NCBI GenBank assembly: GCA_947455165.1
Contig: CANGMP010000004.1
Span: forward strand, 890-64,889
DNA from: Acidimicrobiaceae bacterium
GTDB lineage: Bacteria > Actinomycetota > Acidimicrobiia > Acidimicrobiales > RAAP-2
Direction: 5' to 3'
Length of the DNA stretch: 64,000 nt
The translations under genes and the position numbers were made by a program. The notes beneath the pieces are model-generated. The model ran no database searches. It was not told the origin of the DNA and saw only the letters and a program-made list of their open reading frames with translations. Of this stretch, positions 56,748-64,000 are shown one piece after another (the stretch's first letter is position 1; the number at the start of each line of letters is the position of its first letter).

Positions 56748-56873
56748 ATGAGCGAAGAGACCACGGGCACAAATAAGAAAAAGACGTTGGGCGCAGTTGG
56801 CGTCTTGGTGACGCTGGTGTCGGTCTTTTGGTTCGCCCTGCGCCCCCGCCTCAAGCAGCGCAAGGACAGCTAG
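56748..56873 (+). CDS. Small single-TM protein (41 aa)
   Basis: MSEETTGTNKKKTLGAVGVLVTLVSVFWFALRPRLKQRKDS; TACCAT-N6-ATG. Confidence 0.55.
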   Translation: MSEETTGTNKKKTLGAVGVLVTLVSVFWFALRPRLKQRKDS

Positions 56874-57643
56874 TCGCCTAACAAGTCGGGCACGATCTGC
56901 GTGAGGTCGCCCCGTACAACGAGTTCGGCAATGGCGTCCATCTCGGTCGGCTGACCATTCGCGATGATGACGTGAGCGCCGCACTGCTCGGCGAGCGGCA
57001 CGACTGCCGCAATTGGATAGACGGCCAACGTCGATCCGAGCGCTAGGAAGACGTCGCAGTTTCGTGCGGCCCGCTCGGCGGCCATCAGGTCGGCGGAGCG
57101 GAGCGATTGACCAAATGAGATAGTCGCCGCCTTCAGAATCCCGCCACAGCGCTGGCCGGCCACAATCTCTTCGCAGCGTGGGTCCTGGTCTCCGTTGACT
57201 ACTCGGTCGATGATTCGATCAATTGGCCCCTGGGCTCCGCAGCCCATGCACAGCGAGTCCAGAACAGTGCCGTGAACTTCAACGAGTTGGCTGGCTGGAA
57301 GTCCCGACTTTTGGTGGAGCCCGTCGATGTTCTGGGTGAGAACGAGCGTGTCAGGCTTGTTCGCGGCGAACTGGGCAATCGCAAAGTGGGCCGCGTTCGG
57401 CTGCACTGCCTCCCACGAGGTATTGGCTCGGCGTAGCCATCCCGCCCGGCGAACTTCGGGATCGCTCATCCAAACGTCAATGTGGGCTCGCACTTCGGCG
57501 CCGGGGTTCTTGGTCCAAACGCCATCCGGTCCGCGGTAGTCAGGGATACCCGAAGCGGTCGAAATTCCAGCGCCGGTGAGGATCACCACACGGTCCGCGC
57601 TACGTAGAAGGTCGCGGGCCTCGTTGAGGGAGTTCGAGCTCAC
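56870..57643 (-). CDS. cobB: Sir2-family NAD-dependent deacylase
   Basis: TGAGISTASGIPDYRG, TQNIDGLH, HG, CxxC...C..C, GSTLAVYP; start at GTG 57643 after TACTCT-N6. Confidence 0.9.
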   Translation of the reverse strand: MSSNSLNEARDLLRSADRVVILTGAGISTASGIPDYRGPDGVWTKNPGAEVRAHIDVWMSDPEVRRAGWLRRANTSWEAVQPNAAHFAIAQFAANKPDTLVLTQNIDGLHQKSGLPASQLVEVHGTVLDSLCMGCGAQGPIDRIIDRVVNGDQDPRCEEIVAGQRCGGILKAATISFGQSLRSADLMAAERAARNCDVFLALGSTLAVYPIAAVVPLAEQCGAHVIIANGQPTEMDAIAELVVRGDLTQIVPDLLGD

Positions 57644-57679
57644 GGAGGGAGAGTAGTGGCTTACCGTTAGCGTCCCGTA

Positions 57680-58909
57680 ATGGCTTCGGCATCTTTTGCA
57701 CCTCTGCGACACCGAAGTTTTCGCCTCGCGCTCATCAGTTCCTTCGTCTCGTCCTCGGGTACGTGGATGCAGTCGGTCGCCATGGGCGTCTATCTCCAAC
57801 AGACCACCCACAACGCAGTGTGGCTCGGCGTGTTGACGTTGGCGGCGTGGCTGCCCAGTGCGGTTGCCTCGCCAGTCGGGGGAGCGCTCGCCGACCGGTT
57901 GAGTCGTGAACGCATTATTCAAGCGTCGAACTTGGTGATGGCGGTGTGCGCGACGATCTTGGCGACGCTTTACCTCACGCACCATCTTCAACCGATCTAC
58001 GCCGTCATCCTCGCCATCTTTGAGGGTTTCGCGAGTGCCGGATCGTGGGCTAGTTGGCAGTCGCTCCTGCGCGACCTCGTCGAAACCGACGAGGTGTTGG
58101 CGGCCGTCAGTCTCTCCTCGGCCCAGTTCAACCTCGGTCGAATTGTCGGCCCTATGTTGGCCGGATGGGTGATGGGCTTTGGTTCGGCCGGGTGGTGTTT
58201 TGCGATAAACGCCGCCACCTTTTACTTCGTGGTGATCATCTACTCGATGGTCCGTTCGCGACCTCGCCCCGCCACGGTCGTGGTGGGCCACCTCCTTGAC
58301 CAGATTCGACACGGCGCCAAGACGGCCTGGGGAGTGCCGGGATGCCGCTCGCCAATTGTGAGCGTGGCCGTGATCGCCTTCATGATGAGTCCCTTCATCT
58401 CCTTTATTCCCACGATGGCCATCGAGGTTTTTCACGCCGGTGCGGCCGGAACCAGTTCGCTCGTGACCGCACAAGGTGTCGGCGCCGTCCTCGGGGCCCT
58501 CGTGCTTCCGGCCATCGCGCGCCGTACGACGCGCCTTCGAGTCCTCGAAGGATCGGTGGCCATCTTCGTCCTGGCCGTCCTCGGGTACGCCCTGAGTCCA
58601 TCACTCGTGATTGCCGTCGGTCTCATGGTGATCGTTGGCGCCACCTACATCGGCACGCTGACCGGACTGAATTCCACGGTCCAGTTGAACGCCCCAACGT
58701 CAGAGCGCTCCCGAATCCTCTCGCTCTACACGATGGGTCTTTCGGTCTCGTACCCCCTCGGAGCCTTTCTACAGAGTTTCTTTGTCCACCGGTTCGGGTT
58801 GCGGCCCGTCACCCTGTTGAGCGCCGGGGCCATGCTGGTCATTTTGATCCTCACCCGGCTCTTCGTCCCACGATTTGTCTCGGTGATGGGTGAGGCTCGC
58901 GCCGCCTGA
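57680..58909 (+). CDS. MFS transporter (MFS_3/EntS-like)
   Basis: PLRHRSFR, GTWMQ.VA, GGALADR, FNLGRIVGP..AG. Confidence 0.88.
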   Translation: MASASFAPLRHRSFRLALISSFVSSSGTWMQSVAMGVYLQQTTHNAVWLGVLTLAAWLPSAVASPVGGALADRLSRERIIQASNLVMAVCATILATLYLTHHLQPIYAVILAIFEGFASAGSWASWQSLLRDLVETDEVLAAVSLSSAQFNLGRIVGPMLAGWVMGFGSAGWCFAINAATFYFVVIIYSMVRSRPRPATVVVGHLLDQIRHGAKTAWGVPGCRSPIVSVAVIAFMMSPFISFIPTMAIEVFHAGAAGTSSLVTAQGVGAVLGALVLPAIARRTTRLRVLEGSVAIFVLAVLGYALSPSLVIAVGLMVIVGATYIGTLTGLNSTVQLNAPTSERSRILSLYTMGLSVSYPLGAFLQSFFVHRFGLRPVTLLSAGAMLVILILTRLFVPRFVSVMGEARAA

Positions 58910-58921
58910 CAAACTGCAGGT

Positions 58922-60286
58922 ATGCCTTTCCAGTCGACCAACCCCACCACCGGTGAAGTACTCGCCACGTACCCCTCGCTTGACGCCGCCGGCATTGAGC
59001 GAGTCCTCGCGACTGCCCACGATGCCTATGGCCAGTGGCGCGCGACCTCCTTTGCTGACCGGGCGCTCCTCATGACTCGGGCCGCCGAGCTCATCGAGAG
59101 TGAAGTGCCGGTTATTGCCGAGATGATGACGTCCGAAATGGGCAAGACCTTCGCCGCCGCCAAGGGTGAAGTCGCCAAGTGCGCCATGACGATGCGCTAC
59201 TACGCCGAACACGCCGAAGCCATGTTGGCTCCCGAAGTCGTCAAGTCGAGTGGCAGTGCAGCGGGCATTCGTTTTGATCCCATTGGCGCGGTGCTCGCCA
59301 TCATGCCTTGGAACTTTCCGCTCTGGCAGGCCGTGCGCTTCGCCGCCCCGACCCTCATGGCCGGCAATGTGGGCATCTTGAAGCACGCTCCCAACGTCCC
59401 GGCCTGCGCTGAGTTTCTCGGCACGCTCTTTCGCCGGGCCGGCTTTCCCGAGGGCGTCTTCCAGAATGCTTTCATTGAGGTCGAAGATATCGAAGGCGTT
59501 CTTGCCGATCGCCGCATTGCGGCGGTGACCCTCACCGGTTCTGAGCGTGCTGGTCGATCGGTGGCCGAAAGTGCCGGACGCCAGCTGAAGAAGTGTGTCC
59601 TGGAACTGGGTGGATCGGACCCTTTCATCATTGGTGAGTCGGCCGTGATGGATGACGTCATTCCCTTTGCCGTGACCGCTCGAATTCAAAACAATGGACA
59701 GAGCTGCATTGCGGCCAAGCGTTTCATCGTGGTGGCCTCACGGGCCGAAGAGTTCACATCCCGTTTTGCCGCAGCGATGAGTGAAGCCGTCGTGGGAAAT
59801 CCCATGGAGGCGCCGACGGTCGTCGGCCCACTGGTCAGCGCGGCCCAGCGCGAGGTGCTCACCGCCCAGGTCAACGACGCGCTCCAGCAGGGTGCCCGCG
59901 CACTGTGCGGCGGTGCCCCGCTCGAAGGTCCCGGGTTCTTCTACCCCCCGACCGTCTTGGTCGACGTTCCTCCGACGAGCCGTGCCGGCAGCGAGGAGCT
60001 CTTCGGACCCGTCGCGGTGGTGCGCGTGGTGGCCAATCTCGATGAAGCCATCGCCGTGGCCAACGAGACGCCGTGGGGACTCGGTGGGTCAATCTGGTCG
60101 AGCGACCAGCGCGAAGTCGATGCCGCTCTCGCCGGAATTGAAGCCGGTATGGTTTTTGCCAACGCAGTTGTGGCTTCGACCCCGGAACTGCCTTTTGGCG
60201 GTGTGAAGAACTCCGGGTTCGGTCGCGAACTGTCCTCGTATGGAATCAAGGAGTTCGTTAACGTGAAGGCTTACTACCAGTCATGA
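58922..60286 (+). CDS. NAD(P)-dependent succinate-semialdehyde dehydrogenase (Sad/GabD1-like)
   Basis: MPWNFPLWQ, LKHA, LTGS, LELGGSDP, QNNGQSCIAAKR, EELFGP, PFGGVK.SGFGREL. Confidence 0.9.
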   Translation: MPFQSTNPTTGEVLATYPSLDAAGIERVLATAHDAYGQWRATSFADRALLMTRAAELIESEVPVIAEMMTSEMGKTFAAAKGEVAKCAMTMRYYAEHAEAMLAPEVVKSSGSAAGIRFDPIGAVLAIMPWNFPLWQAVRFAAPTLMAGNVGILKHAPNVPACAEFLGTLFRRAGFPEGVFQNAFIEVEDIEGVLADRRIAAVTLTGSERAGRSVAESAGRQLKKCVLELGGSDPFIIGESAVMDDVIPFAVTARIQNNGQSCIAAKRFIVVASRAEEFTSRFAAAMSEAVVGNPMEAPTVVGPLVSAAQREVLTAQVNDALQQGARALCGGAPLEGPGFFYPPTVLVDVPPTSRAGSEELFGPVAVVRVVANLDEAIAVANETPWGLGGSIWSSDQREVDAALAGIEAGMVFANAVVASTPELPFGGVKNSGFGRELSSYGIKEFVNVKAYYQS

Positions 60287-61452
60287 CCGAGTCGCTCTAC
60301 TACTTCGACAACGGCGCAAGTGCCATTCGCCGCCCCGAAGTGGCGGAGGCGATGGCTCCCTGGCAACAGGGCGTCGTCGGTAATCCCTCGGGGATGCATC
60401 GCGCTTCGCGCCGTGCTCGCAAGGCCATTGAAGACGCGCGGGACATCGTGGCCGAATTCGTCGGCCAGCCCGTCCATGAAGTGATCTTCACCGGCGGCGG
60501 AACAGAGTCGTGCTACTTGGCGCTCGCCGGCGTCGTGCGAGAACACCGTAAGCATCACCCTCGAAGCGAAATTGTGATTTCGCCCACTGAGCACCACGCC
60601 GTATTGAACACGGCACTCTCGTTGGCCGATCGCTACGACGACGTCTTCGTCCGTTTTCTCGACGTCGACAGTGACGGAGTCGTCCTCACGGACTCACTGT
60701 GGGCCACGATGTCGAAGAACACGGCCATCGTGAGCGTCATGATGACCAACAACGAGACAGGTGTTTTCCAGCCGCTTCCCGCGGTGGCCGCCGTGGCATC
60801 GGCCGGCACGCCGGGCGGTGCCATTACTCACACCGACGCCATCTCCGGCGCGCCGTGGCTCTACTTGCCAACCTTTACGACGAGCATCGACATGATTTCA
60901 CTCGCGGCTCACAAGTTGGGCGGCCCGGTGAACTCCGGTGCGCTCATCCTGCGCCGTGACATCAAGCTCGACAATGACTCACCTGGTGGTGGCCAAGAGC
61001 GAGGCCACCGCGGTGGCACCGTCGACGTCGCGGCTGCGGTGGGGCTCGCGGCGGCCTGCCAGATTGTGGACCGGGAGCGCCAGGAGGTCTACGAGCGCAT
61101 CCACCCGTTGCAACAACGATTCGAAGCAGCCTTGAAGTACTTGCCGGGTGTGGCAATTACTGCCGAGCACGATTCGCGAGCGCTTGGTCTCACCCACATA
61201 ACGGTGGAGGGTCTGGCGAGCGAAGAGTTGCTCTTCTTGCTCGACGAAGCGGGCGTCTGTGCGTCAGCCGGGGCCAGCTGTTCAAGTGGCGCCTCGGTGA
61301 CCAGCCACGTTCTCGAGGCCATGAAGATGCCCGAGAGCCGTTCTCGGGGAGCGCTGCGCTTCACCATGGGCCACAGCACCACCAGTGAGGAAGTCGACTA
61401 TCTCATCGCTACTTTGGCCGATGTCATCTACCGACTTCGTGGAGAGAAGTAG
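60283..61452 (+). CDS. iscS: Cysteine desulfurase (IscS/NifS-type)
   Basis: GNPSG.H, FTGGGTES, EHHAV, NNETG, AHKLGG, SAGASC; upstream of mnmA. Confidence 0.88.
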   Translation: MTESLYYFDNGASAIRRPEVAEAMAPWQQGVVGNPSGMHRASRRARKAIEDARDIVAEFVGQPVHEVIFTGGGTESCYLALAGVVREHRKHHPRSEIVISPTEHHAVLNTALSLADRYDDVFVRFLDVDSDGVVLTDSLWATMSKNTAIVSVMMTNNETGVFQPLPAVAAVASAGTPGGAITHTDAISGAPWLYLPTFTTSIDMISLAAHKLGGPVNSGALILRRDIKLDNDSPGGGQERGHRGGTVDVAAAVGLAAACQIVDRERQEVYERIHPLQQRFEAALKYLPGVAITAEHDSRALGLTHITVEGLASEELLFLLDEAGVCASAGASCSSGASVTSHVLEAMKMPESRSRGALRFTMGHSTTSEEVDYLIATLADVIYRLRGEK

Positions 61453-61481
61453 AAGTCACCGCTGGCTGGCAAACTGTCAGC

Positions 61482-64000
<2,519 letters not shown>

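Noticed and set aside
56870-58474. Apparent 534-aa sirtuin fusion in the ORF track
   Set aside because: The N-terminal half is the antisense of the MFS gene; the sirtuin domain begins near GTG 57643 with its own -10 hexamer

Overview
A 64-kb, gene-dense, high-GC chromosomal window from an actinobacterium. Acidimicrobiia is my best guess, inferred from gene content: an F420-type LLM enzyme, a mycothiol-type MDMPI protein, a GAAC-N4-GTTC SOS box, heliorhodopsin and many apparently leaderless genes. It holds about 60 CDS. I could support no rRNA, tRNA, CRISPR array, integrase or transposase. Main blocks, in order: glnK-amtB with divergent aqpZ; a secreted copper type II (PHM/DBH-like) monooxygenase; trhO; a Liv-type ABC operon; a heterodimeric ABC exporter; amidase plus cytosine salvage (upp, deaminase, NCS1 permease); an orphan Tat-exported family-5 binding protein; heliorhodopsin with a DUF2867 oxidoreductase, next to SRAP and a LexA-boxed imuA'-imuB-dnaE2 cassette; a Lrp-linked polyamine/omega-amine catabolic cluster with ald; ileS (type 2); marR/yceI; cobB; and gabD-iscS-mnmA-ligA (partial). 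Best leads: (1) the heliorhodopsin, oxidoreductase and DNA-damage-tolerance neighbourhood; (2) exported proteins from normally lipoprotein families that lack a lipobox, with strong Glu depletion in several exported proteins; (3) AmtB with a natural first-His-to-Glu twin-His change; (4) IleRS2 with a non-canonical GLHH motif; (5) a minimal ImuB; (6) about 22 apparently leaderless genes. All assignments come from motif recognition by eye; no searches were run.
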